Source: an uncultured Prochlorococcus sp.
GTDB taxonomy: Bacteria > Cyanobacteriota > Cyanobacteriia > PCC-6307 > Cyanobiaceae
Length of the DNA stretch: 64,000 nt
Assembly (NCBI GenBank): GCA_902621675.1
Contig: CACNMX010000003.1
Coordinates: forward strand, 8,167 to 72,166
Direction of reading: 5' to 3'
Position 1 is the first letter of the stretch. Every line of letters starts with the position of its first letter. This document shows, one piece after another, positions 53,738-63,073 of this stretch. The translations under genes were made by a program, and so were the position numbers. The notes below the pieces were generated by a model. The model was not told the DNA's origin and ran no database searches. It saw nothing but the letters and a program-made list of their open reading frames with translations.

Positions 53738-54102
53738 ACAAAAGCATATTCGTATTCTTCAATCTCTTCCCAATCATCAGCAGTAAGTTCTAGCCCCTCA
53801 AAAATTTTTTCTTCACCAATTCCTTCAACTACAACTTTTAGTGATGGAAATAGAAAATGATTTTCTTCGGCATATTGGGCGCTAAATAAACCTTTTTCAC
53901 CCCAAAAAAACCTATCGGTGGTATGTTCATTTCTTCTGACATTGAAAACTGAAGGTGCAGAGAGACCATTTTCAGCTATAAATCTTCTTGCTGCTGTAAC
54001 TGGTTTATGTTTGCCAGTTTCGATATGATAAATAGGCACATGTGCCATTACTCTTTGGCCAGCCAATCTTCTTCTGCTGATTCTTTTTCTTTTTTTTGAC
54101 AT
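53734..54102 (-). CDS. Conserved cyanobacterial protein (DUF3155-like)
   Basis: Basic N-terminus, G.HKPVTAARRFI, RNEHTTDRFFWGEKGLFSAQYAEENHFLFPSL; AGGAG RBS. Confidence 0.85.
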   Translation of the reverse strand: MSKKRKRISRRRLAGQRVMAHVPIYHIETGKHKPVTAARRFIAENGLSAPSVFNVRRNEHTTDRFFWGEKGLFSAQYAEENHFLFPSLKVVVEGIGEEKIFEGLELTADDWEEIEEYEYAFV

Positions 54103-54192
54103 TGATTGGTACTCCTGAAATTATTAATGAGATTAGTCTTATTTTTTTTACTAATCTAATATATGTGATTTTAAATTCACTTCAAATTACAT

Positions 54193-54270
54193 AGAGGACC
54201 CATCAACCCCTGATGTAGCTTAAAATATGATTAAATGTTCATATTTAAGGCTGGCTAAAGTCAGACCTCT
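54193..54270 (-). ncRNA. Candidate structured 5' leader RNA upstream of the DUF3155 gene
   Basis: AGAGG/CCTCT closing stem enclosing two hairpins; TAAGAT -10 box at 54282-54277. Confidence 0.45.
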
Positions 54271-54353
54271 TTATATATCTTAATACTTTTTTCATATTTT
54301 ACAAGCCTTTTTTCAAGTTTTTTTTTAAAAAATTTCCCAAAATTTTATTAATT

Positions 54354-55490
54354 ATGAATCTATCAAAAAAATTTGAAGAATTGATAATAAAACAGCTAGA
54401 GAGTTTTGGTTGCTCAATGGGCGTGACTAATTTAGTTATGTATCTCGCATCAGCTAAGCAAGGAACTAAAGCATCTTTTGAAATGATTGGACAATGGCCG
54501 CAAATTGATCGGCTACTTACTTCAATAGAAGATGATCCTTCACTAAAGGTTTCATCGCCTAATAGAAGATGGTACCCGCTACAAGAAAACGATATTCTAC
54601 TTGGTGTCCTTCGTGTAGAAACTGATTTGAAAGGGGGGAATTGGCCAGTATCTCTCGATTCTAGATTAAAAGCTCTATCTATATCTTTAGCTAAATGTGT
54701 CTCTATCGAATTAGAACGTCAAAATAAAAATGAAGAAGTCAATTATTTAAAAAATCAGGTCAATGTCATAATTCATCAATTAAGGAATCCATTAGCTGCT
54801 ATTAGAACATACGCAAAATTATTAATAAAAAGACTTGGTTCAGATGATGATTCTATTGAAATAGTCGAACGCATGATAATAGAGCAAAAACAAATTAATC
54901 AATATATGGATTCTTTTGCTCAATTAAATTCACCTATTCAACTTCCTCTGGAAATTGGAGAGGAAAGATTATTATTACCACCAAATTTAGATAATAAAAA
55001 GGTAATAACTGTTCAGAGTTTATTAAGGCCAATATTAGAAAGGGGTAAAGCTAATGCGGACTTAGAGAATAGAGATTGGACTGAACCTTCTCTTTGGCCA
55101 GATTGGACTATTTCACCATTAAAAGCAAAATATGCTGTAATTGCTGAAATTGTGGCAAATCTATTAGAAAATGCGTTTAAATATGCCCAAAAAGATGCTG
55201 AAATCGGGATCGCAATTACGAGTAATGGACTCTGTATATTTGACGATGGTAAAAAAATAACCAAAAATGAAAACGAGAAAATTTTTGAAAAAGGTTTTAG
55301 AGGATCTGCTGCTAAAAAAAAGGACGGCACTGGTGTGGGACTTTTCTTGGCGAGGAAATTAGCAAAACACATTGGAGGAGATTTGAGATTGCTGGAAAAT
55401 AACTCGGTAGATAATACTGAGAAATCAAAAAATCTAAAGAAGAAAAATATTTTTTATTTAGAACTACCTATAAAAGAATTGCATGCATAA
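54354..55490 (+). CDS. Orphan cytoplasmic sensor histidine kinase
   Basis: H-box IIHQLRNPL, N-box NLLENAFKY, F-box IFEKGFRG, G2 GTGVGL; no TM segment. Confidence 0.92.
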   Translation: MNLSKKFEELIIKQLESFGCSMGVTNLVMYLASAKQGTKASFEMIGQWPQIDRLLTSIEDDPSLKVSSPNRRWYPLQENDILLGVLRVETDLKGGNWPVSLDSRLKALSISLAKCVSIELERQNKNEEVNYLKNQVNVIIHQLRNPLAAIRTYAKLLIKRLGSDDDSIEIVERMIIEQKQINQYMDSFAQLNSPIQLPLEIGEERLLLPPNLDNKKVITVQSLLRPILERGKANADLENRDWTEPSLWPDWTISPLKAKYAVIAEIVANLLENAFKYAQKDAEIGIAITSNGLCIFDDGKKITKNENEKIFEKGFRGSAAKKKDGTGVGLFLARKLAKHIGGDLRLLENNSVDNTEKSKNLKKKNIFYLELPIKELHA

Positions 55491-56232
55491 ATAACATTGC
55501 AGTTTCAACTAGAACAACACTTGCACCGCAGGCATCTCCGTTAAAGCCTCCAATTTTTTTACCCAGTATGTTTGGGATAAAATAGCTTAGAAAAATACCA
55601 ATCAAAATAAGAATTAAAAATTTAATTAAAATTGCTTGGGATGTAATTGAAACAAATTGATATGCAATGAAAATTAAAAGAAAAATAATGGAGATCAAAG
55701 ATTCTTTTTTAAATCCATTCCAAAACTTTTTGTGACTAACAGATTTTTTCTTATAACTCAAATATTTAAACTTTTCTATAAAAAATAAATTTGAAAATCT
55801 TCCCCAAAATAAGCATATAGGTAAAACAAAAATTACTAGGTTTTGAATTTTCAGTATGCAAGCAATTTGAATTAAAGTTATAAAAACTAAAGCTTGAACG
55901 CCAAAGGAACCAACTTTACTGTCTTTCATGGCTTTTAAACGTTTCTTTTTACCCGCAAAAATGCCATCGAAAGTATCCATTAAACCATCTATATGTAGAC
56001 CACCAGTAATTAAATATCCTGAAGCCAAACAAATTAATGCAGATGCATAAATTGACCAGGAGTTTGTTGTTAAAAAAAGAAAAATATAACTCTGTATTGT
56101 TCCAATCAAAAATCCTAAAGGCGGGGCAAATTGTGCAATATTTTTAAATTCGGGATTAATTAAAGGTATCTTTGGAAATGTTGTATAGAAAATCCAAGAT
56201 CCTGCTAAATTTTTTATTAAATATTTTTTGAT
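55468..56232 (-). CDS. cobS: Adenosylcobinamide-GDP ribazoletransferase (cobalamin synthase); start uncertain
   Basis: TGGLHIDGLMDTFDG, MKDS.VG.FG, GG.NGD..GA; frame open upstream of TTG 56109 to 56247, encoding WIFYTTFP. Confidence 0.9.
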   Translation of the reverse strand: MKKYLIKNLAGSWIFYTTFPKIPLINPEFKNIAQFAPPLGFLIGTIQSYIFLFLTTNSWSIYASALICLASGYLITGGLHIDGLMDTFDGIFAGKKKRLKAMKDSKVGSFGVQALVFITLIQIACILKIQNLVIFVLPICLFWGRFSNLFFIEKFKYLSYKKKSVSHKKFWNGFKKESLISIIFLLIFIAYQFVSITSQAILIKFLILILIGIFLSYFIPNILGKKIGGFNGDACGASVVLVETAMLFMHAILL

Positions 56233-56306
56233 GAGATAAAAATAGATTCAGTATTAAATAATAGGGTAAATTAATGAAAAAGGATCAAAAAATTTTATAA
56301 ATTATC

Positions 56307-57425
56307 GTGTTTGAATTTGAAATTACATCGAATTGCAGTAATACAGCGGCAAGAACTGGTATATTTCATACACCAAATGGTCAGGTAAACACACCAAAAT
56401 TTATGCCTGTGGGTACTTTGGCAACGGTTAAAGGAATTTCATCTAAGCAGTTAACCTCTACAGGATCAGAAATGATTCTTTCAAATACCTTTCATCTTCA
56501 TTTACAACCTGGAGAAAAACTAGTTAAAGAATCTGGCGGAATACATAAGTTCATGAATTGGCCGAAGCCTATTCTTACTGATTCAGGAGGATATCAAGTT
56601 TTTAGTTTGGCCAAATTAAATAATATTTCTGATAAAGGCGTGGAATTTAAAAATCCAAGAGATGGTAGTCATGTTTTTTTATCACCTGAAAAAGTAATAC
56701 AGATTCAAATGGATCTTGGATCGGATGTTGCGATGGCTTTTGATCATTGTCCTCCGCATACAGCTAACGAAAATGATATTGAGGACTCTTTACAAAGAAC
56801 TCATTCATGGTTGCAAAAATGTGTTGAGACTCATCAGAAATCCAATCAAGCATTATTCGGTATAGTTCAAGGTGGAAAGTATCCGAGATTGAGAGAATAC
56901 AGTGCAAAATATACAAGTTCTTTTGATCTTCCTGGAATAGCGGTGGGAGGTGTAAGTGTTGGCGAGGCAGTCGAAGAAATACATAGTGTAATTAATTACG
57001 TCCCGAAATTCTTACCAATAAATAAACCAAGATATTTAATGGGAATTGGCTCCTTAAAAGAAATTTCTCTAGCTGTTGCTAATGGATTCGATATATTTGA
57101 CTGTGTTTTGCCTACAAGACTAGGGAGACATGGGACTGCATTTTTTAATGGTGAAAGATTGAATTTGCGAAATGCTCGATTTAAAAATGACTTTTCTCCA
57201 ATTGACAAAACTTGTAAATGCGAAACCTGTAAATCCTATTCTCGAGCATATTTGCATCATCTAATTAGAAACGACGAAATATTAGGCCTAACTCTCATAA
57301 GTTTGCATAATATTGCTCACTTAATAAGATTTACCAATGCAATTTCTACTGCAATTAGAGATAATTGTTTTACAAATGATTTCGCTCCTTGGAAAACATC
57401 CTCTATTGCTCACCATACGTGGTAA
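56307..57425 (+). CDS. tgt: Queuine tRNA-ribosyltransferase
   Basis: [30 protein letters not shown] zinc site; GTG start. Confidence 0.97.
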   Translation: MFEFEITSNCSNTAARTGIFHTPNGQVNTPKFMPVGTLATVKGISSKQLTSTGSEMILSNTFHLHLQPGEKLVKESGGIHKFMNWPKPILTDSGGYQVFSLAKLNNISDKGVEFKNPRDGSHVFLSPEKVIQIQMDLGSDVAMAFDHCPPHTANENDIEDSLQRTHSWLQKCVETHQKSNQALFGIVQGGKYPRLREYSAKYTSSFDLPGIAVGGVSVGEAVEEIHSVINYVPKFLPINKPRYLMGIGSLKEISLAVANGFDIFDCVLPTRLGRHGTAFFNGERLNLRNARFKNDFSPIDKTCKCETCKSYSRAYLHHLIRNDEILGLTLISLHNIAHLIRFTNAISTAIRDNCFTNDFAPWKTSSIAHHTW

Positions 57426-57458
57426 CGTCTTATCATAATTAATTAAATTATCAAAAAG

Positions 57459-57599
57459 GTGCTCATTCTATTTAATACATTCGCTGAATTGCCCGAGGCT
57501 TATAAGGCCTTTGCTCCAACCGTTGATGTTCTTCCACTGATTCCTTTATTTTTCTTTTTATTAGTGTTTGTTTGGCAAGCTGCTGTTGGATTTAAATAA
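57459..57599 (+). CDS. psbK: Photosystem II subunit K (46 aa)
   Basis: Own translation from GTG: [46 protein letters not shown]. Confidence 0.95.
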
Positions 57600-57625
57600 A
57601 ATTCTTTCAGTTTAGATTGTTTGTA

Positions 57626-58630
57626 TTAGACTGGATTTTCAAGTAAAATCGCATCTCCGGAATTTTCTACTGCACTCTCTATAAAATCAGCAATTTTTAA
57701 TGCTCTTGAGGCTTGCTCACCATCCACCTCAGGTATTTCTTTGCCCTGAACGCACTTAAGAAAATGCTCCAATTCTGCATAAAGAGGCTCAATGGAGGTT
57801 GTGCTAACTTCTTCAACATATCCGTCATTTCTATAAACTAATTCTCCATGTTCTGCAGTGTATGATTCATGAGACTTTCGATGGATTTGCAAAGAGTGAT
57901 TTAAAAAATCGGTTTCTACTAACCCATTTTGGCAGTGGGCACTTAAACTTCTAATTTTTTTGTGACTCATTTTACTGGCAGTTAAGCTTGCAATAACATT
58001 ATTTTTAAAAACTAAAGTTGCATTAACATAGTCTATTAATCCTTCGCTATTTCTTCCTCCAACTGCAGCTAATTTTTGTATTTTTGAGTTTACAAGCTCT
58101 AAAACAAGATCAATGTCATGAATCATTAAATCCATGACCACAGATACATCATTTGCTCTATCTGCATGAGGACTGTGCCGCCTTGCTTCTAAAACAACAA
58201 TTTCTTCATTATGTACTATTTTATTTAATTCCCTAAAAGCAGGATTAAATCTTTCAATATGCCCGACTTGTAATAGACAGTTGCTTGCATTAGCAGCCTC
58301 TATTAAGGATTTTGCTTCCAATTCGTTAGCTGCAATTGGTTTTTCAATGAGTACGTTAGTATTTCCCTTAAGACAATCTAGTCCTACTTTTTGATGAAGT
58401 AGTGTTGGGACTGCGATGCAGATAGCATCAACTTTTGGGATTAAGTCTTTATAATTTTTGAACCATTCACATTGAAATTGCTCAATAGCTAATTTGCCTC
58501 TCTCTTCATTTGGATCGGCCACACCAACGAGATTTGCATCTTTGAGTAAACTTAGTACACGGGCGTGATGCCAGCCCATATTCCCTATACCTATGACACC
58601 AACCTTTACGGGTGATGAGGTTGGTTGCAT
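57626..58630 (-). CDS. Gfo/Idh/MocA family NAD(P)-dependent oxidoreductase
   Basis: GIGNMG, EKP, VGHIERFNP, DLMIHDID. Confidence 0.92.
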   Translation of the reverse strand: MQPTSSPVKVGVIGIGNMGWHHARVLSLLKDANLVGVADPNEERGKLAIEQFQCEWFKNYKDLIPKVDAICIAVPTLLHQKVGLDCLKGNTNVLIEKPIAANELEAKSLIEAANASNCLLQVGHIERFNPAFRELNKIVHNEEIVVLEARRHSPHADRANDVSVVMDLMIHDIDLVLELVNSKIQKLAAVGGRNSEGLIDYVNATLVFKNNVIASLTASKMSHKKIRSLSAHCQNGLVETDFLNHSLQIHRKSHESYTAEHGELVYRNDGYVEEVSTTSIEPLYAELEHFLKCVQGKEIPEVDGEQASRALKIADFIESAVENSGDAILLENPV

Positions 58631-58680
58631 AATTTTAAATCCTTATATTAATTAACATTATCCTCTATGGGGAGCCACAT

Positions 58681-59949
58681 TTAGCTTTTAGGTAGGATTA
58701 TTTTAACACGATCAATTTTTGGACCTGACATCGAAATTACTTCAAACTTAATGTTATTAAAATCTAAAACGTCGCCAATTTTTGGAACCATTTGAAATTT
58801 TTCTAGCATAAATCCAGCAAGGGTATGATAATCAGTACCCTCTGGAACGGAACATCCTAACTTCTTATTGATTTCAATAATTTCTGATTTTCCAGCTATT
58901 GACCATTTTCTAGAGAAATTATCTAACATTCTCATGTCTGAATAAATTCTATTATTAAGCATTTCCTCTCCAACTATTTCGCCATTTAGATCAGCTGCAG
59001 TTATAAGCCCCTCTGTTCCACCGTGTTCATCAACTACTAGTAAGAAAGGATTGTAGTCTCTTACTATTGGAAATATTTCCGCTAGTGAACATGTTTCTAT
59101 TATTTTCGTTACTGGTAAAAGGAATGGCTCTAATAATGTATCGGCCTCCATTTCACCTTTTGATATTGGATTAGCTAGGTAACGCAAATCTAATACACCT
59201 AATACATCATCTAAAGACTCACCAATCACAAAGAAGCGAGCATGTCGAGTTTTATCTACTTGTTTCATGAGTTCTGAAAAGGTTATATTTTTTGGCAAAG
59301 TTACCATTTCAGATCTTGGAATCATTACTTCTTTAACTTGTGTATCTTTTAAAGCAAAAACTCCTTCAAGAATATTTTTCTCATCTGGTTTTAAACCTGT
59401 TACATTATCTGTTTCTATAAGAGTTTCTAATTCTCCTGCAGATAAACCCGAGTTTAAAGAATCCCATTTTTTATTTAAATTGAACAAGCCCAAACAGGCG
59501 CTAGCAAAGAATTCTATTATCCTAACTATAGGATTCATTGCTTTTCTAACGGCATCGAATATTGTCGTAAGCCTTAATGCAGCAGATTCTGGATTGTTAA
59601 TAACTAGTGCTTTTGGAATTAGTCCAGAAACGAGAGTAACAACTAAAACAACAAATAAAAACAATAAAAGATCATAAACTCTATTTGATAAAATATTGCT
59701 TTTCCAATAATCATTGGCCAGGTTACCAGATAGCCATCCAATTGCAATTAATGAAATTGTTACTCCAAATTGAGAGGCAATTAATGAAGATCTAAAGCGT
59801 TTTTGAATTTTTAAAATTGAAAACGCTCCCTTCTTTTTTTCTTCTATTAACCTTAAAACTTTACTTGGTCTTATTAATAAAAAAGAGAGTTCACTAGCTG
59901 CAAAGAAAGCTGGGAAAAATAAAAGAAATAAAAGTAGAGTTATTTTCAT
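58681..59949 (-). CDS. CNNM/hemolysin (TlyC/CorB-like) family protein with CBS and CorC domains
   Basis: FFAASE, Q.GVT, L.PK, VM.PR, VVDEHGGTEG, TLAG. Confidence 0.9.
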   Translation of the reverse strand: MKITLLLFLLFFPAFFAASELSFLLIRPSKVLRLIEEKKKGAFSILKIQKRFRSSLIASQFGVTISLIAIGWLSGNLANDYWKSNILSNRVYDLLLFLFVVLVVTLVSGLIPKALVINNPESAALRLTTIFDAVRKAMNPIVRIIEFFASACLGLFNLNKKWDSLNSGLSAGELETLIETDNVTGLKPDEKNILEGVFALKDTQVKEVMIPRSEMVTLPKNITFSELMKQVDKTRHARFFVIGESLDDVLGVLDLRYLANPISKGEMEADTLLEPFLLPVTKIIETCSLAEIFPIVRDYNPFLLVVDEHGGTEGLITAADLNGEIVGEEMLNNRIYSDMRMLDNFSRKWSIAGKSEIIEINKKLGCSVPEGTDYHTLAGFMLEKFQMVPKIGDVLDFNNIKFEVISMSGPKIDRVKIILPKS

Positions 59950-59967
59950 TCAATGACAAATGAATAA

Positions 59968-60040
59968 TGGGGGTGGCGAGGATCGAACTCGCCTTAGCCA
60001 AATTATGAGTTTGGTGCATTCACCAGATTGCTACACCCCC
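59968..60040 (-). tRNA. tRNA with CAT anticodon (non-initiator; Ile2 or elongator Met)
   Basis: Reverse complement GGGGGTG...CCAAA-CT-CAT-AA-TTTGG...GCGAG-TTCGATC-CTCGC-CACCCCC-A; paired G1-C72. Confidence 0.93.
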
Positions 60041-60181
60041 AAGGGAATTTTTGTAATTTTAATTACATTGAATTTCAATATACAATATAAAAATAATATT
60101 TCAAAAAACACCTCATTTGGAAGTTTTTGTGAGATTTCTTTTTTTTCTTCTAATCTTTAAATATAAATTGAACTTTTACTA

Positions 60182-60742
60182 ATGGGCAAATTTTCGGATA
60201 AGTATGATTTAAATAAAGCAAAATTGTTAAAACAGTTAATTGAAAAATCTTACAAGAAAGGAAATTTTACTTTATCTTCAGGAAAAAAAAGCATTCATTA
60301 CTTGAACTGTAAACCAGTTTCATTAAATGGCGAAGGCTTAAACTTAATAAGTGATTTATTTTTAGAGTTAAAGGACTCAAGGTCAAAAGCTGTAGCAGGA
60401 TTGACATTAGGTGCAGACCCTATAGTAAGTGGATTAATTGTAAAAGCAGCTTCGCAAGGTTTAAACCTAGATGGTTTAATAATTCGCAAAGAAATTAAAA
60501 AATACGGAACCAAAGCTGGAATAGAGGGCCCTACATTAGAAGAAGGAACTTTGGTAACTGTTTTAGAGGATGTCGTTACAACTGCTGGTTCAGTGATAAA
60601 AGCTATAAAAAAGTTACGCGAAAATAATTATCTTGTTGAGGAAGTTTTGTCTATAGTTGATAGGCAAGAAGGGGGATTAGAAGCCCTTAGCGATGAAAAT
60701 GTTAAATTAAAGAGTCTTTTTACTATAAAAGACTTTTTATAA
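60182..60742 (+). CDS. pyrE: Orotate phosphoribosyltransferase
   Basis: [28 protein letters not shown] motif, VDR.EG. Confidence 0.96.
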   Translation: MGKFSDKYDLNKAKLLKQLIEKSYKKGNFTLSSGKKSIHYLNCKPVSLNGEGLNLISDLFLELKDSRSKAVAGLTLGADPIVSGLIVKAASQGLNLDGLIIRKEIKKYGTKAGIEGPTLEEGTLVTVLEDVVTTAGSVIKAIKKLRENNYLVEEVLSIVDRQEGGLEALSDENVKLKSLFTIKDFL

Positions 60743-60752
60743 TTATTTCAAA

Positions 60753-61589
60753 ATGAAGGATATAAAAAAAAAGTTTTGGCTTGAAAAATTTGATTGTTTT
60801 TCTATTACTGGAAAAGATGCCAGAAAATTTTTGAATGGAATAACAACTGGTAATATTCTTAATTTAGAAAATAAAGTTATCAAAACTTGTTGGTTAACTC
60901 CAAATGGAGTTCTAAGGTCATTAATTGAAATTATTTTTTTAGAAACAAGCTTAGAAGTGATTATCTTGGCGGGTAACACTAATGAAATAATTGATTACTT
61001 TAATCAAATAATTTTTCCAGCGGACGATGTACTCATAAGTGAACCTTTCTTGATAAATAGAATTCAGGAAATTGATGAATCTAGTTCATGGAGAACTTAC
61101 CAGCCTATTTTCTTCAAAATAGAAGATAAAGAATTTGAGATACATAAAAATAAACTAACTTTATTAAGTCCCAATGATTTAAAACTTTGGAAAATTAATC
61201 AGGCAATACCCTCATTAGAATTGGAAATAAACGGAAAAAATAATCCTCTTGAGCTTGGATTACAAGATCTTATAGATTTTAATAAAGGTTGTTATCTAGG
61301 ACAAGAAACAATGTCAAAAATAAAAAATGTTTCTTCTTTAAAACAAGAAATAAGAATTTGGAAATCATTTGAATCTAATTTGAATTTAGACGTTGAAGAT
61401 AAAAATTTATATTTAAATTCTGCCAAAGATATTTCTGTAGGCAAAATAACTAGTTTTTTTAAATCAGATTCTCAAATACAAGGTTTAGCAATGATAAAAA
61501 GAAAATATTTAGAGGAAGGAAGTTATTTTTTTTCAGAAATTTTTGGAAAAATTATTATTAATAAATCTGTAGGATCAATTTTTCTTTAA
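60753..61589 (+). CDS. ygfZ: Folate-binding Fe-S assembly protein YgfZ (GcvT-like)
   Basis: G.DA.KFL.G..T, signature KGCYLGQE. Confidence 0.9.
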   Translation: MKDIKKKFWLEKFDCFSITGKDARKFLNGITTGNILNLENKVIKTCWLTPNGVLRSLIEIIFLETSLEVIILAGNTNEIIDYFNQIIFPADDVLISEPFLINRIQEIDESSSWRTYQPIFFKIEDKEFEIHKNKLTLLSPNDLKLWKINQAIPSLELEINGKNNPLELGLQDLIDFNKGCYLGQETMSKIKNVSSLKQEIRIWKSFESNLNLDVEDKNLYLNSAKDISVGKITSFFKSDSQIQGLAMIKRKYLEEGSYFFSEIFGKIIINKSVGSIFL

Positions 61590-62993
61590 TTGATTTTTGA
61601 TCAAATATTCTGCAATTTGTAGAGTAGCCAAACAATCATCTTTGTTATATTGGATAATTTTTTTTAAAAATATTTCGTTTTCTGTAATTTGATATTGAAT
61701 CCACCAGTAAAGGGCTTTCGAACCACTTACATTTTTCTGCATCCATTCAAATCCAAGCCAATTAGAAACAGTTTTTAAGCCGTAGTTTTTTAGTGGTAAT
61801 ATCCAAGACTTTCGGATTAAGGTATGTAAGTCTATAAATCTTGAGGAAAGTGAATCAATTTCTTCAAAACTAAAATTTAGGTTTTTAGCGATATTAATTA
61901 TTGCTATCTTTTCAGTCTCTCCGTAATGTAAAACTGGCCATTCCTTGTGTAAAAAAAGTATTTCAATAATTTTCCTGTAAGATTCTCCTTTATTATTTTT
62001 GAGATTAAAAATTGGTTCATAAATAAGATCTTCTTTTTTTGAAAACAAATTATTTATTTTTAAAAAACCATATAAAAAGTCATGCTTATAATCTGGATTT
62101 GACTCAATATCAAATATATAAAACCCTGAATATATTTTTTCTAGTAGATTGTTATTATCATTTTTATTGGAAATGCGATACGGTTCGCCAGAAATATAAG
62201 CTTGTGCTTGCTTTACAAATGCGGACGCTTTTTCATACTTTTTATCGTTGAATTTAGATAATTTCTCTCCAAGTTGTTTTTCGCTATAAGAAGCTAATGT
62301 TTGGGTATCGGATATTCCATTTGTTATTAGTAATGATGCCGTTTTGGATCCTATTCCGTCTATATCTGTTAGATATCCATTTTCTTTTGCTTCTTTGTCA
62401 CAAAATTTTTGCCATGAACAAATAGTACATTTTTTTCTATCTTGAGTTATTTCTGGCATAAGTCCCTCCAAACATCTATTCAAACTTAATAAAATATTTA
62501 AAACTTTTTTTCTTAATTTTTCATTTAAATAAATTTCTTCAACATTAACTTTTTTATCAAAACTTGAAATTACTAATCCTTTCTCAATTTTAGATTCTTG
62601 AAAAGATTCCAACAGTATAGAACTAAAAGCTAAGTCGAGTAAATGTTCTTTTGTGGTTTTGTGGCCTAACTTATAAACAGCAGGTAAATATTTATATTGT
62701 CCCCATTTACTTTTACCTTTGGTCTTTACAAGTAATTGTGGACGTATCTCTGCGTTAATATTTTGGAATAGTTTTCCTTTAATTTTTAGTCCAATTACCC
62801 CTTGATAACCATTTTCACATGCTTTTAATCCTGTATAAATTTCACTATTACAAAATTCAGAGAAAATTTGAAACTGATTAATTTTATCTATAGCTTTATG
62901 GGGAGACCAAACTTCATAAAATTTTTTACCCTTAAAATCTAGCCATGCTTTTCTTTTGCATCTTGTAAAACTTTTTAAATGAAGAGAATTCAA
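61575..62993 (-). CDS. TM0106 family RecB/Cas4-like protein with HhH and RNase H (DEDD) domains
   Basis: RCKRKAWL, CTICSWQKFC, IDGIG..TA, FDIES, HYG, Y.LK, YNKDDC. Confidence 0.85.
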   Translation of the reverse strand: MNSLHLKSFTRCKRKAWLDFKGKKFYEVWSPHKAIDKINQFQIFSEFCNSEIYTGLKACENGYQGVIGLKIKGKLFQNINAEIRPQLLVKTKGKSKWGQYKYLPAVYKLGHKTTKEHLLDLAFSSILLESFQESKIEKGLVISSFDKKVNVEEIYLNEKLRKKVLNILLSLNRCLEGLMPEITQDRKKCTICSWQKFCDKEAKENGYLTDIDGIGSKTASLLITNGISDTQTLASYSEKQLGEKLSKFNDKKYEKASAFVKQAQAYISGEPYRISNKNDNNNLLEKIYSGFYIFDIESNPDYKHDFLYGFLKINNLFSKKEDLIYEPIFNLKNNKGESYRKIIEILFLHKEWPVLHYGETEKIAIINIAKNLNFSFEEIDSLSSRFIDLHTLIRKSWILPLKNYGLKTVSNWLGFEWMQKNVSGSKALYWWIQYQITENEIFLKKIIQYNKDDCLATLQIAEYLIKNQLKKN

Positions 62994-63073
62994 ATTATTT
63001 TTAAAGGGCGGTTTTAAAATTTACTCATATAAATTAGTATAGATAATTAGAAGAAATCAAGGAAATTTTAAAT

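Noticed and set aside
59960-60160. 66-aa ORF in the track
   Set aside because: It is the antisense shadow of the CAT tRNA plus AT-rich spacer
61575-62993. Cas4-like cysteines suggesting a CRISPR-Cas locus
   Set aside because: No repeat-spacer array or other cas genes seen in the window
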